DNA from: Escherichia phage vB_Eco_F22
Direction: 5' to 3' (one strand)
Length of the DNA: 64,000 nucleotides
Sequence record: OP870143.1
Below are positions 1 through 8,177 of this stretch, piece after piece. The notes beneath the pieces were generated by a model. It worked only from the letters and a program-made list of their open reading frames with translations, did no database searches and was not told the origin of the DNA. The translations under genes were made by a program, and so were the position numbers. Within the stretch, counting starts at the first letter, position 1; the number at the start of each line of letters is the position of its first letter.

Positions 1-210
1 TTTCTCTGCCATAGTAGATACATATGAGTTAAGCATACCTACTGCTTTAGTAGCAGTACCAAATGTATCTGCAACAGTAGTAGCAGCAGAGTTAACAGTA
101 CCAAGTAAAGTTCCTGCGGTCATACGTACAGTAGCGGTAGTAGTCATGATGATAGCTCCAATAGTTGATGATAGGACGACATGTCCATAGGTTGCGGAGC
201 AACGTGTAAC
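1..210. repeat. Left arm of a perfect 210-bp inverted repeat (reverse complement of 304..513); truncated by the window edge
   Basis: Manual reverse-complement comparison: 1..210 matches 304..513 exactly, symmetry axis near 257; the 93-bp spacer is itself partly palindromic. Confidence 0.85.
191..203 (-). promoter_or_regulatory. Mirror copy of the 311..323 hairpin motif on the minus strand, directing leftward
   Basis: Lies in the left arm of the inverted repeat; a minus-strand ATG at 145..147 opens a reading frame running off the window start. Confidence 0.3.
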
Positions 211-303
211 ATGTAAAGTGGTGTGGCAGGGGCTACACCCTTACACTCAACCATCCCCCCCGGTATGTTGACCGTGTAGCCACTACCCTACCCCACCTTA
301 CAC

Positions 304-513
304 GTTACACGTTGCTCCGCAACCTATGGACATGTCGTCCTATCATCAACTATTGGAGCTATCATCATGACTACTACCGCTACTGTACGTATGACCGCAG
401 GAACTTTACTTGGTACTGTTAACTCTGCTGCTACTACTGTTGCAGATACATTTGGTACTGCTACTAAAGCAGTAGGTATGCTTAACTCATATGTATCTAC
501 TATGGCAGAGAAA
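304..513. repeat. Right arm of the 210-bp inverted repeat; contains a hairpin motif and the first 49 codons of ORF 367..690
   Basis: Exact reverse complement of 1..210. Confidence 0.85.
311..323 (+). promoter_or_regulatory. Hairpin motif GTTGC-TCC-GCAAC upstream of ORF 367..690; candidate virion-RNAP-type hairpin promoter
   Basis: 5-bp GC-rich stem with 3-nt TCC loop, followed by ctatGGAc; same family as motifs at 929, 1242 and 5106. Confidence 0.4.
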
Positions 514-690
514 CAAGCCATTCGTACTAAATTAGAAATGCATACATTCGTAAACAAATTAGCTGAAGAAACAGCTATGAACGAGACTATGCGTAAGAAA
601 AGTATTGAAGAATTCTGCAAAGATTCAGAGAACGCTCGTATCTATAACGCAGAATATTCAAAAGTAATCGACATCCTGACTAAAGACTAA
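367..690 (+). CDS. Hypothetical early protein (107 aa); 5' 147 nt duplicated in inverted orientation at 1..147
   Basis: ORF with GGAG 9 nt upstream of ATG; followed by a terminator hairpin. Confidence 0.5.
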   Translation: MTTTATVRMTAGTLLGTVNSAATTVADTFGTATKAVGMLNSYVSTMAEKQAIRTKLEMHTFVNKLAEETAMNETMRKKSIEEFCKDSENARIYNAEYSKVIDILTKD

Positions 691-696
691 ATCAAT

Positions 697-724
697 AGGA
701 GGCTCTTCGGAGTCTCCTTTTATA
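697..724 (+). terminator. Intrinsic terminator
   Basis: Hairpin AGGAGGCTC-TTCG-GAGTCTCCT followed by TTTTAT. Confidence 0.6.
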
Positions 725-777
725 AACATTAGATAGATAGTCTATTTTGCATAAAAAGTTAAAAGAGAATCCTACTA

Positions 778-924
778 TGAGCAAACTAGAAAACGCATTT
801 ATCCTGACTGTTTGTGTACTTGCAATTGTTACTTTGGTTTCCATTCACATTGGGAAACCTCTGGTAAATACTGACTATGGCAATGGTCAAAAAGTAAAAT
901 CCATCTTGCTAATGGATAAGTAAA
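778..924 (+). CDS. Possible small hydrophobic protein (about 48 aa), not in the ORF track
   Basis: ATG..TAA read by eye in the 690-976 gap; predicted single hydrophobic helix; weak RBS. Confidence 0.2.
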
Positions 925-928
925 AACC

Positions 929-941
929 GCTGTTCCACAGC
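929..941 (+). promoter_or_regulatory. Hairpin motif GCTGT-TCC-ACAGC upstream of ORF 976..1191
   Basis: 5-bp stem, TCC loop, followed by ttacGGATa; member of the repeated motif family. Confidence 0.4.
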
Positions 942-975
942 TTACGGATACATTTCAACCAATTAGGAGACATCC

Positions 976-1191
976 ATGCACACAGAAAATATCCGTATAA
1001 TTGAGAATTGCTTTAGTAACAAACCAGTAGACCTCAGCAACGCAAGAAGGTCTACTGATAAAGAGTATGGAGAGTTTCTATCCTTACTCGATGAGTATCG
1101 TATGCAAGGGCATGTTGAATTACATGCCTATCTGCATAACTCAGGCTACTTCATGGATAAACTGGAATCTGAAACAGGCTGTCCATTCTAA
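976..1191 (+). CDS. Hypothetical early protein (71 aa)
   Basis: ORF with AGGAG RBS; downstream of hairpin motif at 929. Confidence 0.5.
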   Translation: MHTENIRIIENCFSNKPVDLSNARRSTDKEYGEFLSLLDEYRMQGHVELHAYLHNSGYFMDKLESETGCPF

Positions 1192-1241
1192 GTAAACAAT
1201 TCCCTCTTAAGAGGGAATCAGCACAGAGTGCTTAAAACCAG

Positions 1242-1256
1242 GGCTGCTCCGCAGCC
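1242..1256 (+). promoter_or_regulatory. Hairpin motif GGCTGC-TCC-GCAGCC upstream of ORF 1269..1751
   Basis: 6-bp stem, TCC loop, followed by tttGGATgattt then ATG at 1269. Confidence 0.45.
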
Positions 1257-1268
1257 TTTGGATGATTT

Positions 1269-1751
1269 ATGCATCCACTAATCATTGAAATCTTAAGTCT
1301 TTTCTTGGGTTTAGTCACCGACGGACAAACCCATAAATCAAACAATCATTTATCTGGAGAGTACAAAATGTCTATTCAAAAATTCACTTTCGGTCAATCT
1401 AACCCTGCTGCTACCACTGAAACTAAAACTGCTAAGCCTAAAGCTCAGTTCTGGTTGAACATTGGTTATATTGCTAATGAAGGCTCTGAAGATGAGAAGT
1501 TCATCTCTCTGCCTACTGGTATTCCACTGGATACTCAGGAACCACTGCCTACTAATAGCAGCAATGCTGACTTCCGTGCTATGCGTTGTGCACAGAACGA
1601 CTTGCTGGAACAGTTAATCGAATATGCTCAGAACCTGGAACCAGGTGAAGAAGGTATCATTAACCTGCAAGTTCAACTACGTCGTGTGAAAGCAGAGGCT
1701 GCTGACATCCCAGCAGACGAGAATAAATATGCTCGTAAACTGACTTTCTAA
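1269..1751 (+). CDS. Hypothetical early protein (160 aa; alternative start at 1368 with GGAG RBS gives 127 aa)
   Basis: ORF immediately downstream of hairpin motif at 1242; terminator hairpin at 1761..1790. Confidence 0.5.
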   Translation: MHPLIIEILSLFLGLVTDGQTHKSNNHLSGEYKMSIQKFTFGQSNPAATTETKTAKPKAQFWLNIGYIANEGSEDEKFISLPTGIPLDTQEPLPTNSSNADFRAMRCAQNDLLEQLIEYAQNLEPGEEGIINLQVQLRRVKAEAADIPADENKYARKLTF

Positions 1752-1760
1752 TCAACAACT

Positions 1761-1790
1761 GGACTCCCTTCGGGGAGTCTTTTATTTTTA
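1761..1790 (+). terminator. Intrinsic terminator
   Basis: Hairpin GGACTCCC-TTCG-GGGAGTC followed by TTTTATTTTT. Confidence 0.7.
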
Positions 1791-1894
1791 ACTAGACGAT
1801 AAGCTATTTCTACTTTTTGAGTATCTTTAGACGAAGGGTACTGAAACAGTAACCAGATAGATATAGATTTATATTAGATGAAGGAGTAACCACT

Positions 1895-2191
1895 ATGCGT
1901 ACATTATGTAACCGTTATAACTCACAAAAGTTGATTGATACGTTGCAACCTTGGGGTAGTAAGATGTCACTGAATGCTCGCTGGCAGGTAAGTGTAAAAG
2001 ATGAAAACGGTCACTGCTATGACCACTTCTTTGTAACTAAACCTACTCGTAAACAAATCCGTAAACTTCACAATGTGCAAAAACATTACCTATCACAAAA
2101 ATGCTATGAGTGTGGTAAGAGAATAGAACTAGGTAAAGAATTTACTTTTGATGATCTCAACTATGCTCACACTGACTGCCTGAAAGGATAA
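1895..2191 (+). CDS. Hypothetical Cys/His-rich protein (98 aa), possible zinc-binding
   Basis: ORF with GGAG RBS; HCYDH...CYECGKR...HTDC pattern. Confidence 0.5.
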   Translation: MRTLCNRYNSQKLIDTLQPWGSKMSLNARWQVSVKDENGHCYDHFFVTKPTRKQIRKLHNVQKHYLSQKCYECGKRIELGKEFTFDDLNYAHTDCLKG

Positions 2192-2195
2192 GACT

Positions 2196-2414
2196 ATGCT
2201 GGACTTCATTGCGTTTGTAATACTCTGCTCTGTACTGTATCGCCTGCGTGGTTACATCCTCAATGGAGCCAAGTGGGTAAGAACTAAGTTGGTACTTATC
2301 TGTAAGTTACCCGTTGTATTCGTTAAGTGTCTGTTTGCTTCCATAGTAGCTAAAGAAGTTCGTAAGCAACTCTGGGCTAAAGAAGCAGAAGAGTTTGCAA
2401 AGAGGAACCAGTGA
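2196..2414 (+). CDS. Hypothetical small protein (72 aa) with hydrophobic N-terminus
   Basis: ORF closely following the previous gene. Confidence 0.4.
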   Translation: MLDFIAFVILCSVLYRLRGYILNGAKWVRTKLVLICKLPVVFVKCLFASIVAKEVRKQLWAKEAEEFAKRNQ

Positions 2415-2584
2415 TATTCACTAACATTGAGGATGCCATTGAAGAATGTATCTTCCGTAGATATCACACTGGAGTACAGAAGCGACACTATGGTGTTGTA
2501 CAGCTCAATGGTTATCAAATGGCTGTAAGAATTGTACGTAACAATAAACCTTTTAACTTTATGTGGAGTACTAAACATGCGTAA
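2411..2584 (+). CDS. Possible small protein (about 57 aa, GTG start overlapping the upstream stop)
   Basis: Read by eye; not in the ORF track; weak support. Confidence 0.2.
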   Translation: MIFTNIEDAIEECIFRRYHTGVQKRHYGVVQLNGYQMAVRIVRNNKPFNFMWSTKHA

Positions 2585-2706
2585 GTCATTAATCATGGGA
2601 ACCAAAGCTGACGTACAGAAGATGAAAGAGCGTCTGGCTGCTAAGCAACAGACATCTGAACCAGTACGTAAGATTGTTACCTTCAACCATCCGTGCATAA
2701 AATAGT
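2578..2706 (+). CDS. Possible small protein (about 42 aa)
   Basis: ATG with GGAG about 10 nt upstream; ends just before terminator hairpin at 2708. Confidence 0.25.
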
Positions 2707-2707
2707 A

Positions 2708-2745
2708 AGGAGTCCTCCAATAGGAGGCTCCTATTTTTTATTTTT
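2708..2745 (+). terminator. Intrinsic terminator
   Basis: Imperfect hairpin AAGGAGTCCTCC/AGGAGGCTCCT followed by T-rich run. Confidence 0.55.
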
Positions 2746-2782
2746 GAATAGTTAGTTATGTATTTAAATAGGAGAAAGAGCC

Positions 2783-3097
2783 TTGAATGAAATAGTATGT
2801 ATACTTCCTCACTTAGCTAAAGTAGCTGACAGGAATATACGGGTACATTTACCCTTCCCATTAAGTAATCCATTCACTCGTAATGAAAGAACCACAGTAG
2901 AAGATATAGAGGTAGCTTATGAGGCTTATCTTCGTAATCGTCTTATTAGTGGTGACAAATTAATTACAGCAGAGATGGAAAGGATTGCATCCTTTGTCAC
3001 AGATAGTACTAAGAAACCTGTTGGTTTAATTGGTACTGAATCTGATGTTAACGTTATTCGTAAAATATTAATGGAGGCTTTAGGTGAACAACCTTAG
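2783..3097 (+). CDS. Hypothetical protein (104 aa; TTG start in track)
   Basis: ORF with AGGAG upstream. Confidence 0.45.
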   Translation: MNEIVCILPHLAKVADRNIRVHLPFPLSNPFTRNERTTVEDIEVAYEAYLRNRLISGDKLITAEMERIASFVTDSTKKPVGLIGTESDVNVIRKILMEALGEQP

Positions 3098-3317
3098 TGA
3101 TGTAATAGTAGGTAATGAAATATTCGTTAACCGAAAAGGTTATGCACGAATTAAGCTAAAGAGTACTAACAGAACTATTGTTCGTAAGGTGTACTCTAAA
3201 CCTTTTAGTAATTTCTCTATTGATGAGGTGCGTATTAATAACAAAATGTACCTCATAGATAGTAAAGTATCTGTATGCCATACAGACGGTAAAACCTCAC
3301 TTGAATATGCTTATTAA
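3084..3317 (+). CDS. Hypothetical protein (77 aa; GTG start)
   Basis: ORF overlapping the upstream gene end; same transcriptional orientation. Confidence 0.4.
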   Translation: MNNLSDVIVGNEIFVNRKGYARIKLKSTNRTIVRKVYSKPFSNFSIDEVRINNKMYLIDSKVSVCHTDGKTSLEYAY

Positions 3318-3329
3318 GGAATAAACAAA

Positions 3330-3551
3330 ATGTTGTTCAGCACTAATTATGGTATTTGCCCGATTTGCAATAAAGGAAGAGGAGTTGCTAATCATAAGAA
3401 GTGTAGTCGTATCCTACAGAAACAACGGAACCAGGAAGAATGGGATAAGTTGTTAAATAATCAGCATAAAGAAGAGAACCAACAGATGGCTGTTAAGGCA
3501 TCTACTCAACGTATTCGCCGTATTAACTATATACAGGGGTATCAGAAATGA
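3330..3551 (+). CDS. Hypothetical basic protein with CxxC motif (73 aa)
   Basis: ORF; CPICNKG near N-terminus; 4-nt overlap with the next gene. Confidence 0.45.
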   Translation: MLFSTNYGICPICNKGRGVANHKKCSRILQKQRNQEEWDKLLNNQHKEENQQMAVKASTQRIRRINYIQGYQK

Positions 3552-3904
3552 AACTAATTGTAGCTGGGGGACGTGACTTCACTGACACCAATCGTATGAT
3601 TGCTGAATTACAGAAGCTAGTAGAATCAGGTGAAATAACTGATTCACCTGAACTTGTATGTGGTATGGCTCGAGGAGCAGATATGCTTGCATATAGTCTC
3701 TGGGCTAATAACCGTATGCCTATCCACAACTTCCCAGCAAACTGGAATAAGCATGGAAAGTCTGCTGGTTATAAACGTAATCAGGAAATGGGTGAATTTG
3801 CAGATGCTGCTGTATGTTTCTGGGATGGTAATTCCAAAGGAACCAAGCACATGATTGATATCATGAATAGGCTTAATAAACCTGTATACATTGTGAGGTA
3901 CTGA
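3548..3904 (+). CDS. SLOG/DprA-like Rossmann-fold protein (DUF2493-like, 118 aa)
   Basis: N-terminal VAGGRDF and central GMARGAD motifs resemble the DprA/SLOG GxARGxD signature. Confidence 0.5.
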   Translation: MKLIVAGGRDFTDTNRMIAELQKLVESGEITDSPELVCGMARGADMLAYSLWANNRMPIHNFPANWNKHGKSAGYKRNQEMGEFADAAVCFWDGNSKGTKHMIDIMNRLNKPVYIVRY

Positions 3905-4162
3905 GTGATTATTACATTCCCTGTAACTAAATCATTTAACTATATGGGACAAACTATTGAAGTCCCATTATGGGTTAAATATGTAGCATTATTACCTCGT
4001 CCTCAGAAAAGCAAGAATGCCTCACTAATTGGATTTAGTAGAAAGCCTAAGCTAACCGAAAACTGTATTTGGAAGTCTAGTGGTAGACAAGAGGAAATTG
4101 GTTTTTGTGACTATGTGCTTCAACCAAATACAGTATATCTAACTCTGGAGAAAGTAGAGTGA
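3905..4162 (+). CDS. Hypothetical protein (85 aa; GTG start)
   Basis: ORF tightly packed with neighbours. Confidence 0.4.
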   Translation: MIITFPVTKSFNYMGQTIEVPLWVKYVALLPRPQKSKNASLIGFSRKPKLTENCIWKSSGRQEEIGFCDYVLQPNTVYLTLEKVE

Positions 4163-4479
4163 ATAACATTGTAGTAGTACATGATAATACATTTACTGAT
4201 GTCGATAAGATGATGCGTAATATTGATTACGTATCTCAGACTAGTAAAGCATTCAATGAAGAGTTCACTATTTACTGTGAACCAGAGTCACCACTGGTTC
4301 CTGTATTAAAGGAAGCAGGTCTACCGTTCTCTACAGAGAACTTCCCAGAAGAACCAGAGTACATGATTACATTCATATATGACTTACATGATGGCTCACA
4401 TGCCAGTGAACTAGCCATGAACCAATGGCGTAGTAAACGTCCTGTATTCGCATTTCAGGTACTTAAACCAAAGGATTAA
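4159..4479 (+). CDS. Hypothetical protein (106 aa; GTG start)
   Basis: ORF with 4-nt overlap to the upstream gene. Confidence 0.45.
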   Translation: MNNIVVVHDNTFTDVDKMMRNIDYVSQTSKAFNEEFTIYCEPESPLVPVLKEAGLPFSTENFPEEPEYMITFIYDLHDGSHASELAMNQWRSKRPVFAFQVLKPKD

Positions 4480-4483
4480 TCAA

Positions 4484-4843
4484 ATGAAAGAGATATTCGT
4501 ATTCACTACTAACACATTAGGTCAGCATACCAATGCTGCTGCCAAGTTAGCCTATAAGAAGCATGGTGCTCGTTGGGGTATGGCCTATGGTCATTATGGT
4601 AATAGCTTTGCCATTCCAGTAAGAGATGGCAATGGTAACCGTATCAAAGAGGGTGCTATTTATGGCTTCATTGAAGGTTTTATTGCCTATGCGTCTACTA
4701 ATCCGCAGTGGGATTTCAAAGTCATGAGTAATGACTATCTGGACCCATACCAATTCATTAATGTAACTGGCAATGTACTGTTACCGGAAGCATGGCGTAA
4801 ACACTTAGGTGATGCTTACAACTACTGGGGAACATTCTCATGA
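4484..4843 (+). CDS. Hypothetical protein (119 aa)
   Basis: ORF; no motif recognised. Confidence 0.5.
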   Translation: MKEIFVFTTNTLGQHTNAAAKLAYKKHGARWGMAYGHYGNSFAIPVRDGNGNRIKEGAIYGFIEGFIAYASTNPQWDFKVMSNDYLDPYQFINVTGNVLLPEAWRKHLGDAYNYWGTFS

Positions 4844-5100
4844 CATATGAAGAACTATGGGCTGCTCAGGTCAGAGCCAGAGCACTCACACGGCATGACA
4901 TCTATTGTGCATTGCAGAACGAATTAAAAGGTCGTACTAAGCTAGGTCACATATCAGGTTTAGTTAAAATACCTATGCGTAGTCTAGTATGGCCTTATCA
5001 GAAAAAAAGTAATGAATTTAACGGTAATGGTTTATATGTACGTATTAACTACCTTGGTCAAGAGAACAGTATTCGTATTGCCTTTTGGACTAAGCGGTAG
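4840..5100 (+). CDS. Hypothetical protein (86 aa)
   Basis: ORF with ATGA overlap to the upstream gene. Confidence 0.45.
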   Translation: MTYEELWAAQVRARALTRHDIYCALQNELKGRTKLGHISGLVKIPMRSLVWPYQKKSNEFNGNGLYVRINYLGQENSIRIAFWTKR

Positions 5101-5105
5101 GCAAT

Positions 5106-5120
5106 AGCTGCTCCGCAGCT
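5106..5120 (+). promoter_or_regulatory. Hairpin motif AGCTGC-TCC-GCAGCT upstream of ORF 5134..5364
   Basis: 6-bp stem, TCC loop, followed by tgaGGATgtaatc then ATG at 5134; near-identical core to the 1242 motif. Confidence 0.45.
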
Positions 5121-5133
5121 TGAGGATGTAATC

Positions 5134-5364
5134 ATGGCAGTATCCATTCAGGAAATCATTGTTAAAAGGCACAAGAGAAAATGGGAAAGCTATTACAAGC
5201 TAAAAGAGGTAATTAATGCTGCTTACCTTAGTGAAGAAGGTTATGCCTGGGTTGAACTAAATAGTGTATGGCCTTGGAGACATAACATCTATACAGACAG
5301 TTTAATCATATTCTACAGCTATGCGAATGAGCATAGTGGTAGGCGTCTAATTGCAAGAATGTAA
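5134..5364 (+). CDS. Hypothetical protein (76 aa)
   Basis: ORF directly downstream of hairpin motif at 5106. Confidence 0.5.
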   Translation: MAVSIQEIIVKRHKRKWESYYKLKEVINAAYLSEEGYAWVELNSVWPWRHNIYTDSLIIFYSYANEHSGRRLIARM

Positions 5365-5386
5365 TTAACTAATTGGAGAATATGCG

Positions 5387-6205
5387 ATGTACTCATCAAT
5401 AGAACATCAGAAGCAGCTTGAAGTCCTATTCAATAAAAATCAATTACTGCCTCGCATGAGGAAGGAATTCGAGGACTCCAAAGAAATTGACTTTAAGGCA
5501 TTCGCTGCCTATTTAGAAATTGATTATAAGCTGCTCATTGATGCAATGGTGCAGATTGCCCTACATAAACGTGCTGACATCCAGACTATGATTGGCTCTC
5601 TCATGAGTCACTCAGATGATGCTCAGTACATCGCTGACTGTCTATATAAGATGGCAGAGAATGACTGCTTCAACTATGACCCTACCATCGACAAATTCGG
5701 TGTTATCTATGAGATTAGTGAAGATGTTCAGATGGAACTGGAAGCATTCCAGTATCCATTACCTATCGTAAGTGCTCCTAAGCCTGTTCTGTGTAACCGT
5801 GATACAGGTTACTACGAAAGCAGAGGCAGCATCATCCTCAAGAAGAATCATCATGAAATGGACGTCTGCCTTGACCACATCAACCGTATGAACAATCAAC
5901 GTCTCTGTATTAACTGGGACGTTGCCAACTATGTAAAAGACTCTCGTCCTAACATGGATAAACCCAAAGAGGGGGAAACCCGTCAGGACTATGAGAAACG
6001 TGTTAAAGCCTTTGAGAAGTACAGTCGTACTGCTAAGGAAGTAATGGAGTTAGTAACTCAAGAAGGCAATAACTTCTCACTAGCACATAAGTACGATAAG
6101 AGGGGCAGAACCTATGCCTGTGGATACCATATCAATTTTCAAGGGACTTCATATAACAAGGCAGTGATTGAATTTGCTGATAAGGAGCTGGTAAACGATG
6201 ATTAA
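5387..6205 (+). CDS. Phage RNA polymerase II small subunit (N4 gp15-like)
   Basis: 272 aa, immediately upstream of the catalytic subunit; size and position match the N4 RNAPII heterodimer. Confidence 0.5.
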   Translation: MYSSIEHQKQLEVLFNKNQLLPRMRKEFEDSKEIDFKAFAAYLEIDYKLLIDAMVQIALHKRADIQTMIGSLMSHSDDAQYIADCLYKMAENDCFNYDPTIDKFGVIYEISEDVQMELEAFQYPLPIVSAPKPVLCNRDTGYYESRGSIILKKNHHEMDVCLDHINRMNNQRLCINWDVANYVKDSRPNMDKPKEGETRQDYEKRVKAFEKYSRTAKEVMELVTQEGNNFSLAHKYDKRGRTYACGYHINFQGTSYNKAVIEFADKELVNDD

Positions 6206-6346
6206 TAAACGTGCAGTAGAAGACTTCTATGCTCATAGAGAGTTGGTACTGAAACGCATCAATGAAGCAATGAAACGTGAGGCTGAAGCTAAAGCTAAGC
6301 ATAACCGTAAATAAATCCAAATGCGAGCCAAGAGGACTAATCTCAA

Positions 6347-6589
6347 ATGAGTAAGCTATTAAAACTGTGGTTAATTAGCCAAAGTGAAAACCGTGGGCAT
6401 GACTCCTTTGATTCTGCTGTTGTAGCAGCCTACACAGAGGAAGAAGCTAAACAAATTAATCCAGACGGAGAATGGAAACTATACACCGCCTGGTGTTCTT
6501 CACCAGATAAAGTACATGTTGAGTACCTGGGTATTGCCACCGAAGGCGTGGAACCAGGAATAGTATTGTCATCATTTAATGCTGGTTAA
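6347..6589 (+). CDS. Hypothetical protein (80 aa)
   Basis: ORF between the two RNAP subunit genes. Confidence 0.4.
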   Translation: MSKLLKLWLISQSENRGHDSFDSAVVAAYTEEEAKQINPDGEWKLYTAWCSSPDKVHVEYLGIATEGVEPGIVLSSFNAG

Positions 6590-6643
6590 TCATCCAATAA
6601 GCAGGCTCTCCATAGTGGGGAGCCAAGAAGCGAGGAATATACA

Positions 6644-7861
6644 ATGCAACTGTTAACTGCCCGTGAATACCTGAAAGTAGATGTCGCTAACAACTATGGC
6701 TTAGATAAAAAGACATGGGATGAACGTATTAGCTGGTTCGATGAGAACGAAGCTAATCTGCTCAATCTGGTAGATGAAGCTGAAGAATCTGCACTGTTCT
6801 ATGCTGGTGTAAACGCATGGAAAGATATGAAAGCTGGTAAGCCTATTGGTTATGCCGTAGCTCTGGATGCTACATCATCTGGCTTACAGTTACTGGCTTG
6901 CCTGACTGGTGACCGTTCTGCTGCTGAACTGTGTAACGTAGTTAACTACATGGGCAAGAATGGTAAGCCATTACGTCGTGATGCTTATACAGTTATCTAT
7001 CATAAGATGCTGGACATCCTTGGTGAAGCATCTCGTATTAAACGTAGTGACACCAAGCAGGCAGTTATGACTGCATTCTATGGTTCAGAAGCTAAACCTA
7101 AAGAAGTATTCGGTGAAGGTATCCGTCTCAAGACTTTTGAGAATGTAATGGAAACTGTTGCTAGTGGACCTTGGGCATTGAACAAGTTCTTACTGCAATG
7201 TGGTAACCCAGACGCTAACCGTTATGTATGGGTATTGCCTGACAACTTCCATGCTGTCATTAAAGTTATGGTTCCTGAAGTACAGACTGTTAACTTCTTA
7301 GGTAAGCCATTCGACATCACTCGTATGGTCCAAGGTACTGAAGAGAAGACCCGTATGCTCTCTGCTAACATCACCCACTCTATTGATGGGATGGTAGTAC
7401 GTGAGATGCTGCGTCGTTGTAACTTCAACATGAACCAGGTGAACTATATTAAGTCCCTCTGTGAGGGAACCAGTGAATACATGGTTGGCTCTGATGATAA
7501 CTATGAAATGGTTAACACACTGTGGTCTAACTATGAGAAGTCGGGATTCCTGTCTACCCGTATCTTTGATTATCTGGACTCTGAAACAATTGCATTGGTT
7601 GATACAGATGTAATCATGGCTATGCTCAATACCATGCCTAAGAAACCATTCCCTGTAATGACCGTACACGACTGCTTCCGTTGTCATCCTAACTACGGTA
7701 ATGACCTGCGTCGTCAGTACAATCAGATTCTGTCTGACATTGCTAAGAGTGACCTACTGGGCTTCATCCTGTCTCAGGTACTGGGACAAGAGTTCTCTGC
7801 TGGTAAGCTGGATGACAGCCTTTGGCAGGACATCCTTGAAACAGATTATGCATTAAGTTAA
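6644..7861 (+). CDS. Phage RNA polymerase II catalytic subunit (T7-like single-subunit RNAP palm; N4 gp16-like)
   Basis: ALDATSSGLQ (motif A), RSDTKQAVMTAFYGSEAKPKEVFG (motif B, close to T7 RSVTKRSVMTLAYGSKEFG), TVHDCF (motif C); terminator at 7869. Confidence 0.8.
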   Translation: MQLLTAREYLKVDVANNYGLDKKTWDERISWFDENEANLLNLVDEAEESALFYAGVNAWKDMKAGKPIGYAVALDATSSGLQLLACLTGDRSAAELCNVVNYMGKNGKPLRRDAYTVIYHKMLDILGEASRIKRSDTKQAVMTAFYGSEAKPKEVFGEGIRLKTFENVMETVASGPWALNKFLLQCGNPDANRYVWVLPDNFHAVIKVMVPEVQTVNFLGKPFDITRMVQGTEEKTRMLSANITHSIDGMVVREMLRRCNFNMNQVNYIKSLCEGTSEYMVGSDDNYEMVNTLWSNYEKSGFLSTRIFDYLDSETIALVDTDVIMAMLNTMPKKPFPVMTVHDCFRCHPNYGNDLRRQYNQILSDIAKSDLLGFILSQVLGQEFSAGKLDDSLWQDILETDYALS

Positions 7862-7868
7862 TAAACTG

Positions 7869-7903
7869 GCCTCATACCTTCGGGTATGGGGCTTTTATTT
7901 TTT
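7869..7903 (+). terminator. Intrinsic terminator after the RNAPII catalytic subunit gene
   Basis: Hairpin GCCTCATACC-TTCG-GGTATGGGGC followed by TTTTATTTTTT. Confidence 0.75.
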
Positions 7904-7905
7904 GC

Positions 7906-8103
7906 TTGGAGGTAGTCAACATGCCAGACATCTATGATGTTATTACTAAAACCGTACTGATAGTTTTATCTGCTATTGTGATACTCACTATAGTTAACGC
8001 CCACAAATCCAAGTTTGCTTATTGCTACTATGGAGCATACTCTGCCGGATGTTTTGTATTAGCCGGTTGGATAGCTTACTGGATTTACCACATCAACAAC
8101 TAG
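7906..8103 (+). CDS. Small membrane protein (65 aa, two hydrophobic helices)
   Basis: ORF between two terminators. Confidence 0.4.
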   Translation: MEVVNMPDIYDVITKTVLIVLSAIVILTIVNAHKSKFAYCYYGAYSAGCFVLAGWIAYWIYHINN

Positions 8104-8130
8104 CCACCCTCAAGGGTGGCTTTCTTTTTT
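8103..8130 (+). terminator. Intrinsic terminator
   Basis: Hairpin GCCACCC-TCAA-GGGTGGC followed by TTTCTTTTTT. Confidence 0.7.
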
Positions 8131-8177
8131 ATCAGCCTTCATAATGATTAGGCATATTTACTCAAGAGGATACATAC

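Noticed and set aside
1-513. Interpreting the 210-bp inverted repeat as a transposon with terminal inverted repeats
   Set aside because: The arms enclose only a 93-bp spacer with no transposase, and the arms contain a promoter-like hairpin and gene start; a genome-end structure or assembly foldback is more plausible
324-620. Minus-strand ORF of 98 aa overlapping ORF 367..690
   Set aside because: It is antisense to the better-supported + ORF and arises from the palindromic sequence; the true minus-strand mirror gene starts at 147 and runs off the window
2252-2698. 148-aa minus-strand ORF in the early region
   Set aside because: Opposite to the uniform + orientation of the early block and overlaps better-supported + ORFs
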